Assembly (NCBI GenBank): GCA_964016885.1
Contig: OZ024742.1
Coordinates: 361,088,001-361,152,000 of the forward strand
From: Eledone cirrhosa
Taxonomy: Eukaryota
Length of the DNA stretch: 64,000 bases
Direction of reading: 5' to 3'
The notes beneath the pieces are model-generated. The model worked only from the letters and a program-made list of their open reading frames with translations. It was not told the DNA's origin and ran no database searches. Of the stretch, positions 1-10,990 are shown piece after piece. How positions within the stretch are numbered: position 1 is the first letter of the stretch; every line of letters starts with the position of its first letter. Made by a program: the position numbers and the translations under genes.

Positions 1-1026
1 CGCTTTCACAAGCCATTCATCTACTCCTAGTTTTCTAAGAGCCCACCAGATTACTGCACGTGGAACTCTGTCAAAGGCTTTCTCAAGGTCGACAAATGCC
101 AAGTAGAGTGGCTTACTTTTAGCTAGGTACTTTTCCTGTAATTGCCTCACAAGGAAGAGCGCATCAGTGGTGCCTTTCCCTGGTACAAACCCAAATTGCA
201 TCTCGTCTATATTCACCCGGTCCCTAATCAGCTGTGCTATAACTCTTTCTGTTACTTTCATGACCTGATCCATCAACTTTATACCTCTATAGTTTCCTCT
301 ATCTAGTGCATCGCCTTTACCTTTGTAGCAGTTGACAATGATGCTACTGCACCAATCTTTTGGTATGGCCCCCTCTAGTATTACCTGGTTAACGATACGT
401 GTGGTTATAGTGTGACCTACAGACCCAGATGCCTTCAGCATCTCGGCAGCTATACCCGATGGACCGGTTGCCTTCCCTATCTTCATATCTCTGATTGCCT
501 TACTTACTACGCTGCCGCTGACTTGTACTGCTGGTCCCTCTATAGGGTCTACGTGGGGTAGGGTCTCTTCTTCCCATGCATTCTCCTCATTTAGTAATCT
601 ATCATAATGACTCTTCCATGCATCTTTCTTCTCAGCACTTGTGAGGGCAAGCTCACCTTTATCATTCCGGATACACTTCTCTCCAATGACATCACAACTA
701 TCTCTGACACACTGCCTCGCAATCTTGAATACCTCCTGTTTCTGGTCCTCACGTTGTAAAACATGCTTGAATTTTCTATCCTCTGCTTCCCTCCTAGCTA
801 AGTATACTTGTCGCCTAGCTTCCCTCTTGGTCTCTATGTAATGTACCCTGCTCCCCCCGTTCTTCCATTCTTTCCATGCCTGTCTCTTGGCCTTGACTGC
901 TTCATCTACCTTATTGTTCCACCACCAAGTCACTCTCCTCCTGCTTGAGGTCTTACTCCAGCCACAAACCTCATCCGTCGCCTCTAGTAAGTTATTCTTT
1001 AGGAACTCCCAGTTCTCTTCTACGTT
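1..1026 (-). mobile_element. RTE-clade LINE, 5'-truncated ORF fragment (linker + N-terminal RT), runs off window start
   Basis: Manual minus-strand translation reads ...VTWWWNNKV...GKATGPSGIAAEMLK...IPKDW...YKGKGDALDRGNYRGIKLM...EMQFGFVPGKGTTDALFLVRQLQEKYL...AFVDLEKAFDRVPR, typical RTE RT motifs; no stop seen; 5' end abuts a TA/TG microsatellite. Confidence 0.92.
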
Positions 1027-1028
1027 AA

Positions 1029-1150
1029 ATGTGTATATATATATATATGTGTGTATGTGTATATAGATACATATATGTATATGTGTATATGTATGTATAT
1101 ACATACATATATGTGTATATGTATATATATAGAGACATAGGTATATGTAT
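1029..1150. repeat. Compound (TA)n/(TG)n microsatellite
   Basis: Direct reading. Confidence 0.9.
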
Positions 1151-1689
1151 ATTTGTAGTAAATATTACATCAAAAAGAACCTTTGTTTTCTCTATTCAAA
1201 ATAATTTTCTTTGATAAAAAAAACCGTTGATATTTTTATGACAGGTTTACAATAGTTGTATTAATAAACATGCATGTCAACACAAATACTGTGTTTATAA
1301 TCAAAAAGCATTCTCTAATAGTTCATGCTGCAAATAATTATTCTATAATTACAAATATATTTATAACCATGGTAACATAGATATCTCTATGAAATCAAAC
1401 TTCAGCCTACACATTTTTAACATTTATAATATTTGTTTGGAGAAATCTTTACGAGACAAAATTCAGGTTTTCTTTTATGTTTTAAAAACAACAAAACGCT
1501 ATTTTGTCTTGTTAATTAATTAGCTAATATATTATCTATACCAGCTCATGTTTAACAATCTAACCATAATTTCAATTGATAAATTGTACAATTATCTTAA
1601 CTAATACATGAGGATTAAATATAAATTATTTATGTGCTATTCAATAATACTTTTCGTATTTTTCAAATTCACATATATATATATATATG

Positions 1690-2518
1690 ATTCCGTCAGA
1701 GAAATGGCCATGTTCGATATGCAGAAAAGGAACTGGCATAAATTCTATAAAATGCACACAATGCAGATCCTGGGTACACAAGAGATGTAGTGGGATAGCA
1801 GGCAAACTAACAGGTAGGGAGAAATATGTATGCAGTAGATGTACAGGGAAATTAGACAGTAGAAGTCGCATTGATAGACACATTTTTCAAATGCAGGAGG
1901 GCGCTATAGAAGTGGTGGATAGCTTCCGGTAACTAGGAGATCAGATTAGCATGGGAGGAGGGTGTTCCGAGGCCATAGTATCTAGAATAAGGACGGGTTG
2001 GAAGAAGTTTAGGGAGCTGCTTCCTCTGTTGACGAAGAAGGGTTTCTCCCTGCGTACGAAAGGCCGGTTGTATGATGCCTGTGTGAGGAGCGTGATGCTG
2101 CATGGTAGTGAGACATGGGCAGCAACTGCAGAGGATATGCGATGGCTGGAGAGAAATGAGGCAAGCATCCTCCGTTGGATGTGCAGTGTAAATGTGCGTG
2201 AACGACCCAGCATAAATGTGTTGAGAGAGAAACTGTGTCTGAGAGGGATAGAATGTAGTGTACGGGAGAGGAGACTGAGGTGGTATGGACATGTGATGCG
2301 CATGGAGGATGACCGATGGGTGAAGAAGTGCCAGGAAATGCCAGTTGAAGGAAGACGTGGTAGGGGTAGACCACGAAAAACATGGGCGGAGGTGGTGAGC
2401 TCATGGTGAAGATGACGAAGGACCGTGATGAGTGGAGAGATGCTGTGCTGAATAAAACCCGTCCCACCCTTGCAAGCAGGGAAAAGCGGATGTAAAATGA
2501 TGATGATGATGATGATGA
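1690..2518 (+). mobile_element. RTE LINE 3' part (family A), pseudogenised, with PHD finger and (GAT)n tail
   Basis: CSIC..CTQC.SWVHKRC..CSRC, then FR*LGDQIS (TAA at 1930-1932 replacing Y of FRYLG), KGRLYDACVRSVMLHGSETW, RLRWYGHVMRM, RGRGRPRKTW; apparent deletion near 2400; ends GTAAAA(TGA)n. Confidence 0.92.
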
Positions 2519-2929
2519 ATGATGTGGTTAGAGTGGAGGGTTTGCAATGGTAAGTTCAGTTTCTGGACTGTGTGGTGCAGTATGTCCTTAAATATTTTAA
2601 CACATTTTACATTATTCTATTTCACACAGCTGAAAAAGTGTACCACTTGTGTCTCATTCTGTCAAGAGGTTTTTACTCCAAGCTTTTCAACTCCTTGTGT
2701 AGCTGGAACAAGCTCTGGCACTCAGCTGTAGAAATAAGGTGCTAAGTGAGATTTTATAAGCGATCTCTTTGAATGTTTATGATGATTATTAAACAAAAAG
2801 TTCCTTACAAAGACTGAACATCAAATTTCCATTTTCACTGCCTGTGACAATTAGCCATTACATATGAAAACAAATTCTGACATTTATCTGAACAGTAGAA
2901 ATCTAGAATCTTATAAATATAATACAAAA

Positions 2930-3640
2930 ATATTGGTTAATAGTTTTGTTGGTGTTTACCAAGTCAGTTGCCAGACGTCGGAGCTTCAATGTATCCATGC
3001 CCAAGGAAGCAAGGTGTTCAGAGAATGGGAGATGCCTGATGGAGGGTATTCTCTTGGTTGCACGTCTCTGAACAGTTTCCAGGAGGTCAATGTTCTGAGT
3101 AAGATAGGAGTTCCAGACAGGTGATGAAAATTCTAAGTATGGTTGCACCATAGTATATACAGCTTTAAATAGATAGCTGGAGAGCAGCTGACAAAGGTCT
3201 TGCTGAGTGATGCTAAGACACCCTCGGCCTTCTTGACAATTTTAGAGACATGTTTCGTCCAATGCAAATCGCTGCTGACCGTAATGCCCAGGTCACGTTC
3301 ACTAGGAGACTTGTTGATATTAGTGTTGTGGTATGCATGGTGGTACACTTTTCCACAGCCAGCTTGAGTTGCCAGTCCATGATTCATTGCTGCATTGTGT
3401 CCAGGTCTGAAAGATCTATAGTGTTCAGGATCTGTCTTTTTTATCTCACGGTACAGCTTGATGTCATCTGCGTACTTTAATACTGTGGCATTATTTAAGT
3501 TGGCATCTATGTCATTAATATATGCAACAAACGAAAGGGGATCAAGAACATATCCCTGTGGTACACCAGATGACATCTCATAGGGTGAAGAATGCTGTCC
3601 TAGAACGGTGAATACCTCTTTCCGACTGAGAATAAGGATT
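2930..3640 (-). mobile_element. CR1-like LINE RT fragment, degenerate
   Basis: SGVPQG..L.PL.F..YIND, KYADDIKLY, ERDLGI, YLEFSSPVWN, LETVQRRATK spread over two frameshifted ORFs. Confidence 0.88.
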
Positions 3641-3654
3641 GTGTATATATATAC

Positions 3655-4035
3655 GGAGGCACATGGCTTAGTGGTTAGAGCATTGGCCTTGCAATCGAAA
3701 GTTGTGAGTTCAATTCTCAGACCGGGTGATGTGTTGTTTCCTTGAGCAAGACACATTGCTCCAGTTTACTCAGCTGTAGAAATGAGATGATAGGGACTGC
3801 GGTCCCTAGCATTCCACTGCAAAGTGGTCATGGAGGTGCCATGGCAAAAAAGCATCCACCCCACACTGTAAAGTGGTCATGTAGGCGCCACGGAAAATAA
3901 AACACCCACTACTCACTGTAAATGAGGTTGGTGTTAGGAAGGGCATCCAGCTGTAGAAATCAAGCCAGAATCAGTTCCCGTCCCCCCCTTGCAAGCAGGG
4001 AAAAGTGGACGTAAAATGATGATGATGATGATGAT
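3655..4035 (+). mobile_element. tRNA-derived CORE-type SINE (family A), near full length, RTE-A tail
   Basis: A box TGGCTTAGTGG, B box GAGTTCAATTC, CORE-like TTCCTTGAGCAAGACAC, internal AAAGCACCC..CACACTGTAAAGTGG repeats, tail nearly identical to 2458-2518, flanked by (TA)n. Confidence 0.88.
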
Positions 4036-4410
4036 ATATATGATGGCTGCAGACACTGCTAAGAGTATTGCAATCACTTGTGACAGCTCCAGAACAAGCA
4101 ATACCTGTGCTTTAAAGGTTTTTTTAAAGTGAGGAAAGAGGCCTTGCACTCGACCAATTCCACTCTTTGAACATCGAAAACACGACCCGAAAAGGAAAAC
4201 TTGTCAACATCATCGGATGCTTCCGAAGCCGCAGGTTTTTTTCAGAGTTTCCCTCTGTATATATATATATATATAGTGTAGGTGGCACAGTGAATTACTG
4301 GTGTTGGCACCAAATCAAGCACTCCATGCACAGGCAGAGTGTATACTCACACACACAAGAATATCTGAATACACACCTGCAGAGCTTCCCCATCAATTAC
4401 GCTACAGTAC

Positions 4411-4460
4411 ACACATACACCATACACACATACACCATACACACATACACCATACACACA
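4411..4460. repeat. 15-bp minisatellite (ACACATACACCATAC) x3+
   Basis: Direct reading. Confidence 0.85.
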
Positions 4461-4789
4461 AAACAATAGGGCTGATGCCTATATATATACCTTTTCAGCT
4501 CACATACCACAACAAAAATATATTTTTTGTCACATCACCAGTCAGATGAGAAGATTGACACTGGAGCTGGGTCCCTAACTCTTATGGGTTACCTTGAGCC
4601 AATTCTCTTTGAAACATGCGTAACAGCTCGGTACACAAATATTTTTCTTATGTAAATGAAACTTCTTCATCTTTTTCTATTTTATATATATATATATGTA
4701 TAGATATTTGTTGTATATATATATGTATAGATATTGTAGGCGGTATGCCGGTTGAGCACTCTATGCTTCTTCAGAGCAGAGTACAATAT

Positions 4790-5043
4790 TATAGAAAACG
4801 AAGAATCAGTGATGCATCGAAACACAATTTATAACATTACAATTGAATGTCCAGTGAACAGTTCGAGGTACGATCTATTTGTGGGTCGGACCTGACTCTG
4901 GATTCGCAAATTCCTCACATACGTCTAGCGATTTCAAAGCAAATCTTCCGTCTGATGTTATTCTGTCCCTTTGAGTTTTCCCCATCTGTCATCATCCTGT
5001 TTACGCGGCCAATCCATTGGTCACTGATTCTTCATTTTATATA
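4790..5043. repeat. ~23-bp inverted repeats bracketing ~210 bp (MITE-like)
   Basis: TATAGAAAACGAAGAATCAGTGA (4790-4812) vs TCACTGATTCTTCATTTTATATA (5021-5043), 2 mismatches. Confidence 0.5.
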
Positions 5044-5070
5044 ATATATATATATATATATTTATATATA

Positions 5071-5414
5071 TTCAATTCTCAGACCGAGTGATGTGTTGTT
5101 TCCTTGAGCAAGACACTTTATTTCACATTGCTTCAGTTTACTCAGCTGTAGAAATGAGATGATAGGGACTGCAGTCCCTATCATTCCAGTGCAAAGTGGT
5201 CGTGGAGGTGCCATGGCAAAAAAGCACCCAGCCCACACTGTAAAGTGGACGTGTAGGCGCCACGGAATAAAAAGCACCCAGCACTCACTGTAAATGAGGT
5301 TGGTGTTAGGAAGGGCCTCCAGCTGTAGAAATAAAGCCAGAATCAGTTCCCGTCCCACCCTTGCAAGCAGGGAAAGGCGGACGTAAAATGATGATAATGA
5401 TAATAATAATAATA
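5071..5414 (+). mobile_element. SINE family A, 5'-truncated at the B box
   Basis: Closely matches 3709-4035; tail decays into (TAA)n; preceded by (TA)n. Confidence 0.88.
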
Positions 5415-5570
5415 GGTGGTTAATTGGCAGAGATATTAGAATGTCAGATAGAATTCTTTGTGATTTCTTTCCAGCTTGTTGCATTCTGAGTTCAACCCTA
5501 CCAAGATCAGTTTTGTTTTTAATCTTTTGATGTTGATAAATAGAGTACCAGTCTAATACTGTGGTCAATT
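5415..5570 (+). mobile_element. tRNA-derived SINE family B, degenerate
   Basis: TTGGCAGAGATATTAG A box, CTGAGTTCAA B box, GATAAATAGAGTACCAG body. Confidence 0.65.
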
Positions 5571-5813
5571 CTTTCTATATATCTCTTTCTCACTTCCTCT
5601 CTATCACTCATCACTTTCCTTCTCTGGAGGAAATCAGCTATGCTCACACCTGCAAAGAAGATGGTCTCACTACAGTAGGTAGAGGTTAAAAAAAAAAGTG
5701 TGTGTGTGTGTTTGTGTATACACACACACACATATGCATATATATATATATACATACATATAGTGAAAGATTGAATAACATGGTCGGCTGTACAAAAAGG
5801 GTTTTATTTCAAG

Positions 5814-5922
5814 TATTAACAATTGTTTCATTGATCAGGTGAGTCTAAAGACCGCTAATCACTCGAAGTTGCGTCACTCGACCTTAAATACAGTGTTTAC
5901 TTTTGATCAAATCATCAGAATA
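5814..5922 (-). ncRNA. Type I hammerhead-ribozyme-like motif of Penelope-element type, probably decayed
   Basis: Minus strand TATT-CTGATGA-t-TTGATCA...TGATCAA-t-GAAAC-AATT-GTT-AATA, followed by AATAAA. Confidence 0.5.
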
Positions 5923-6398
5923 TATATATATATATATATAAACTATAATAAAGAAAGGACTGCGGGATTGGGTCCAGAATATATTTTTTTACCGTTTGTA
6001 AAATAAGTTGGATTACTTTGAATAAATAATGAATGAATATTACATAATTTATGTGCTAAAGTTCATGGCTGTTGATTAAATATATTTTATAGCTTATTTA
6101 AAGACCTTTAAAATTCACTTCTTTAACATTTTCAAATGTCAACCCTTCCGGTTAGCAGCTGTTATATTATAACACCTATAAAAATATCGCATATATTTCC
6201 GTCGCTAATTTTCTCCTAATACAGTTTATATATAATATTGTCTTTTTTAAATATATCATGGAATACGTTACTGATTACAGAAGACAGTGTAACATAGACT
6301 TCGTTCAATTTCTGTGTATATTGTCAATTACGATTTTATTTGATGTATCATATCTACATGCATATATATTTGTGTATAATATCAATATAGACACTACA

Positions 6399-6560
6399 CA
6401 TGCTAGCAGAAACCACCCATAGGGTGGTTTTCTGCTAGTCATGCTTAATATAGAAATGGTTTCTAAAGAACTAGAAATGTTTTATTCAAAAGAAACTATG
6501 AGGATTTCTTTTGAATGAAACAATTTTAGTCTTATAGAAGCCATTTCTATATTAAACATG
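6399..6560. repeat. Two abutting palindromes (45 bp and ~120 bp) delimited by CATG
   Basis: CTAGCAGAAACCACCC-ATA-GGGTGGTTTTCTGCTAG; the ~57-bp arms starting at 6440 and ending at 6560 are imperfect reverse complements. Confidence 0.75.
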
Positions 6561-6634
6561 ATGTTTACATTCTACTAATGTATTGAGTAGTTTGCTGCGG
6601 TTAACCCCAGTTGAACCCGCGACTCACATCATAT

Positions 6635-7052
6635 ATCATCATCACCGTTTTACGTCTGTTCTTCTACGCTAGCATGGGTTAGACGGGTTGTCCTGTTGTG
6701 GGCAGTGTCCGGTTGGCTGACCTTGTCTTGCTCATATGGAAACTGATTCTGGCTTGATTTCTACAGCTGGATGCCCTTCCTGACACCAACTTCATTTACA
6801 GTGAGTGTTGAGTGCTTTTTTTCCGTGGTGCCTACATGTACACTTGTAGTGGGAGGGTGTGGGAGCATATTGTCTATATGCTTCAGCTTTGGCTTGTACC
6901 CATGGGAAGTCAGGTCTTCTGTATTACTGCGTGATGCCAGAGGTCACAGTCGTGTGTCATCGCCTTTGAGAGGTGCAATTGGGTAAGATCGGCTTTTATC
7001 ACCTCATACCAGGTCTTCTTGGGTCTCCCCACTCAGTGGCTTCCATCGATTT
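6635..7052 (-). mobile_element. RTE LINE 3' end (family B) with SINE-like 3' UTR
   Basis: Translates GRPKKTWYEVIKADLTQLHLSKAMTHD; same sequence as 53937-54392; tail CCCATGCTAGC..GACGTAAAACGG(TGA)n. Confidence 0.85.
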
Positions 7053-7604
7053 CTATATATATATATATGTATATATATTAGTATATAATAGAATAGTCGA
7101 GTATCGGAAAATCAGCTCACGAATTAACGATAAACAAATCCGATATGAGTGGCAGAGGGCTCAATAATTTGGATAAATCAGAGTTATAACTAACGTTAAA
7201 TTACCAACACATAGAGAAAATGCCTAAAATCACCCATATAGCCGAAAAAGAACGACCAGGAAGATTCGGGTCACTCAAATAAAATATCAATAAATCAATA
7301 ATTTAAATGAATGTAAAAAACTTACCCGGACCCGCTAGAAGGGTGTTAAATCTAGCTTCTTGGGTTTCTGCAATTCCTTAATCCGTTCACTATCAGCCCA
7401 CATAAAAGTATATAAGACTTCTAGCGAAGGAGTGGACCGGAAGAGCTTTATCAATGGGTTCCGTCCGAAAATAAAGAAGTGACCTTTAAGAGAGATAATG
7501 AAGTCCGGAGTAAACTTAGAATAAAACAACAAAAAACAGAGAGAGAGAGAATATATATATATGTAAATGTCTGTGTGTGTGTATATGTATGCATATAAAT
7601 ATAT

Positions 7605-7909
7605 ATCATCATCATCATTTTACGTCCGCTTTTCCCTGCTTGCAAGGGTGGGACGGGAACTGATTCTGGCTTGATTTCTACAGCTGGAGGCCCTTCCTAA
7701 CACCAACCTCATTTATAGTGAGTGCTGGGTGCTTTTTATTCCGTGGATTTTTATTGCCGTGGCACCTCCACGACTACTTTGCAGTGGAATGATATGGACC
7801 CCAGTCCCTATCATTTCATTTCTACAGCTGAGTAAACTGGAGCAATGTGAAATAAAGTCTCTTGCTCAAGGAAACAACACATCACCCGGTCTGAGAATTG
7901 AACTCACAA
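7605..7909 (-). mobile_element. SINE family A, 5'-truncated, internal deletion
   Basis: Reverse complement of the 3655-4035 family; (TA)n on both sides. Confidence 0.88.
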
Positions 7910-8449
7910 TATATATATAAATATGTATGTGTCTGCATGTTTAGTATTCTATGAAAAGCTTATTGATTTACCTTTATTACATGCATTAGAAATGAACCCC
8001 CCCCCCCCCAGTTGTCTAAGTGGCTGTCCACAATCTTCATTGGACACAAGAGAGTTGACAGTAGTAGTTGTAGTTGCACCTATGTAGCAGCCACCAAATT
8101 TCTGTTGTTGTTGTACTGCACATTTGTTGCTAAGCTATATTCCCTGTTTATTTCTGCAGGAGACAATATACAGCTTCTGTTGCACAAATAGTTAGTTGTC
8201 TGCCAGTTTGGGAAGAATATTAAATTTGTATTACTTTGTTCAGTGCTTACAACCACTACTACCACCAATATATCCACCTCCATTCAAAAGACAGTATTGA
8301 CAAACTAACATTGAAGCTGCTCATTGCTGCTCTACCTGTCATAAATAACTGACAAATTTTCAAATAAAACTTCAGAGTCTTTACATTGGATAATGAAGTC
8401 CAGAGTAAACTTAGAATAAAACAACAAAAAACACAGAATCATCATGCTT

Positions 8450-8736
8450 CAGATTCTTACCTTTCAGAGTCAATGTCATTCTAGATCTGTGGGGTGACTT
8501 AATTTTCTCTAGATAGGATCGTCAGGGTTCAGATTCTTAACTTTCGAAGTCAGGGTCATTCTAGATCTGTGGGGTGACTTAATTGTCTCTAGATAGGAAT
8601 CTGAACCCTGACGATCCTAACTTTCGAAGTCAAGGTCATTCTAGATCTGTGGGGTGACTTAATTGTCTCTAGATAGGATCGTCAGAGTTCAGATTCTTAA
8701 CTTTCAGAGTCACAGTCATTCTAGATCTGTGGGGTA
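8450..8736. repeat. 80-bp tandem repeat, ~3.6 copies, one with a micro-inversion
   Basis: CTAGATCTGTGGGG at 8481, 8561, 8641 and 8721. Confidence 0.9.
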
Positions 8737-8984
8737 TCTTTCGTTGGATCTAAGTAGCTTTTATCTTGTTAAGATATCCCATTTTGTGTTATGCCAAAGT
8801 TTTCATAATCAAGTGTTTCTTGTAATTTTTCAATGCACTGCCTCTCATCTGTCCCTTCTGAAGTGCACACTTGTCCATGGTAATTTGAGTGAACATGGAC
8901 TTGTGGGGTTCCCTCAAAATCCCTATTTGGAGGTTCCCTTGCAGGAAATGGAACGTTTATAACCACATATAAATATATATATGT

Positions 8985-9306
8985 GCAGGTGCATGGCTTA
9001 GTGGTTAGGTCTTTGGGATTACAATTTAGAGGTTGTGAGTTTCATTCTCAGACCAGGTGATGTGTTGTGTCCTTGAGCAAGACATTTTATATTTTGTTTC
9101 ATGTTGCTCCAATTTACTCAGCTTTAGAAGTAAGTTGGGATGACATTGGTGCCAAGTTGTATTGGCCATTGCCTTTCCCTTGGACAACATCTATGGTATG
9201 GTGAGGGGAGAGTGGTATGCATGGGAGTTCCCTTCCAGGCTTGTGCCTTGGAAGGGAACTTTCTAAGTGCTAAACCATGGTCAATAGTGACTGGTTGGGG
9301 TCTTTA
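8985..9306 (+). mobile_element. CORE-type SINE with family A head but a different 3' half
   Basis: TGGCTTAGTGGTTAG...CTCAGACCAGGTGATGTGTTGTGTCCTTGAGCAAGACA matches family A up to TTTACTCAGCT, then diverges. Confidence 0.75.
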
Positions 9307-9914
9307 AGACACACACGTATATTGCATCAATGTTTATCGTAAGTATATATATATATATAAAAATATATATATTGAGTTAAAAACTTATAATAGTCCTTTA
9401 TAATGAAATTAGCTCAAGGAAAGAATCTTCCAAGTCTTATAACACAGTAACAAGACACAAACACAGATATATAACTATATGCATTCAAATCACAAGAGAC
9501 AGAAACTGCCAGGGTGAAGAAAATACTGACTAATATCCAAACAGGGATATACTGGCTGTGAAGTATCCATTGAAAAGCATCGGACAAGTAAATCTCTTCA
9601 CTGAATTGTGAAACAGTTCTACCCGAAAGCTGTCTGGATGCTTGATAGCAAAATTGTGTAGGACAGAACAAAGACGAGACTCACAAAATAAAAACCTAGT
9701 CACAGAGGAGGTCACAGAATGTGTGACAAAAGAGCTTTGACAATATATAAAAAAACCTTCTGGTTATTGAACCAACTAACCAACCGGTAATTTACAATAA
9801 ATTGAAATGAAAACCTACAGGGGTGTGTGTTGTTATTGGCAGCTTCATCCTCCCAAAGTATAACAATATCTGTTTCAACACATGTTCCCAGATAAGAAAT
9901 CTCACAAAACGAAT

Positions 9915-10054
9915 TTATATATATATACATATATATACATATATATATGTGAGTGTGTGTATGTGTGTGTGTATGTGTGTATGTGTGTGTGTGTATGTGT
10001 GTGCGTGCGTGTGTGTCTGTGTCTGTGTGTGTGTCTGTCTGTCTGTGTGTGTGT
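9915..10054. repeat. (TA)n/(TG)n/(TCTG)n compound microsatellite
   Basis: Direct reading. Confidence 0.9.
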
Positions 10055-10244
10055 AAGGTAATTATGAAGGAAAAACAAACGAAAAAAGAGTGCTCTGTGT
10101 ATAGAATAGAGCTATTTAATTACCAGACGTATATTATTATTAGAACTTTTTAATTATCAGACGTATGTTATTATTATTGTCTGTGATCCAGAAAGCTTTG
10201 GGAATGGAGTAATGGAGTAGTTATATTTTGTGTTGTTCACTTTC

Positions 10245-10247
<3 letters not shown>

Positions 10248-10282
<35 letters not shown>
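10248..10282. repeat. (TA)n microsatellite
   Basis: Direct reading. Confidence 0.9.
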
Positions 10283-10284
<2 letters not shown>

Positions 10285-10416
10285 ATTAAACTAGTATTAA
10301 ACAAGTTAGACCATTATTCAACAGAGTACTTGATATTGTGATAGCAGAGATACTTGGAATTAGCTGATGAAATGGCAAGAGATCAGCCATCGGGCCTAGA
10401 CTCTTTCCAATATATT

Positions 10417-10560
10417 GTGGTTTGCATTAGGGAGGGCATCCAGCCATAGAAACCAGGTACGAAAAAGTTGTGTGTGAGCAAAACACAGTCACCAGACCCA
10501 ACTTTCTTCAAGTGGGACAACCTGTCTAACCCATGCTAGCATGGAAAAATGGATGATAAA
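10417..10560 (+). mobile_element. 3' fragment of SINE/RTE with RTE-B-type tail
   Basis: AGGGAGGGCATCCAGCCATAGAAAC and CAACCTGTCTAACCCATGCTAGCATGG. Confidence 0.7.
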
Positions 10561-10579
10561 TATATATATATATGTATAT

Positions 10580-10990
10580 GGTGGCTGCCAACTCGTTTTC
10601 GAGTACGGCCACTACTTTATATCCATGTAGGAGAACCCCTACTGATGCGCTGAACGAGTGTGACTTTTAGTCCAGCCAGCGACTTGAAAGCTCTGGTACA
10701 AACACTACACTTGTGACAATTATTGACACATAGTGCTGGGCCCATGGTACCATGTGACGACAAATGCAGAGAGATCTCCAGATATAAAGCAATGCCTGTG
10801 CCGTGAAGCTTTTATAGTGAGCAAAGGCACTGCACAAAGCCAGTCCCACTCTCTTAACCAAGATGATATTTACCAAAAAGAAGAACAAGTCAACATCATT
10901 GGATACCATCAGGGTTGCAGGTGTTATATCAGAGTTTTCCTTCTCCTAGAATTCTGCCTTGACAAAGGCTAAGGGGTCATCTCTCCCGGT
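10580..10990 (-). mobile_element. Probable non-autonomous RTE-derived element between (TA)n tracts
   Basis: Minus strand CCCCTTAGCCTTTGTCAAGGCAGAATTCTAGGAGAAGGAAAACTCTGA resembles a conserved RTE 5' UTR motif (from memory). Confidence 0.45.

Noticed and set aside
1933-2467. Minus-strand ORFs of 119-152 aa
   Set aside because: Antisense shadows of the RTE coding fragment.
3655-3725. tRNA gene
   Set aside because: The A/B boxes belong to a SINE head that continues into CORE, body and tail; no convincing cloverleaf. The same applies to family B heads.
5941-6630. Helitron-like element spanning the palindromes
   Set aside because: Only a weak GC hairpin near 6596-6620 and no clear CTRR terminus; boundaries unsupported.
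8080-9930. Short ORFs (8080-8283, 8769-8966, 9414-9671) as host exons
   Set aside because: No recognisable homology or consistent splice structure; cannot be excluded without RNA-seq.
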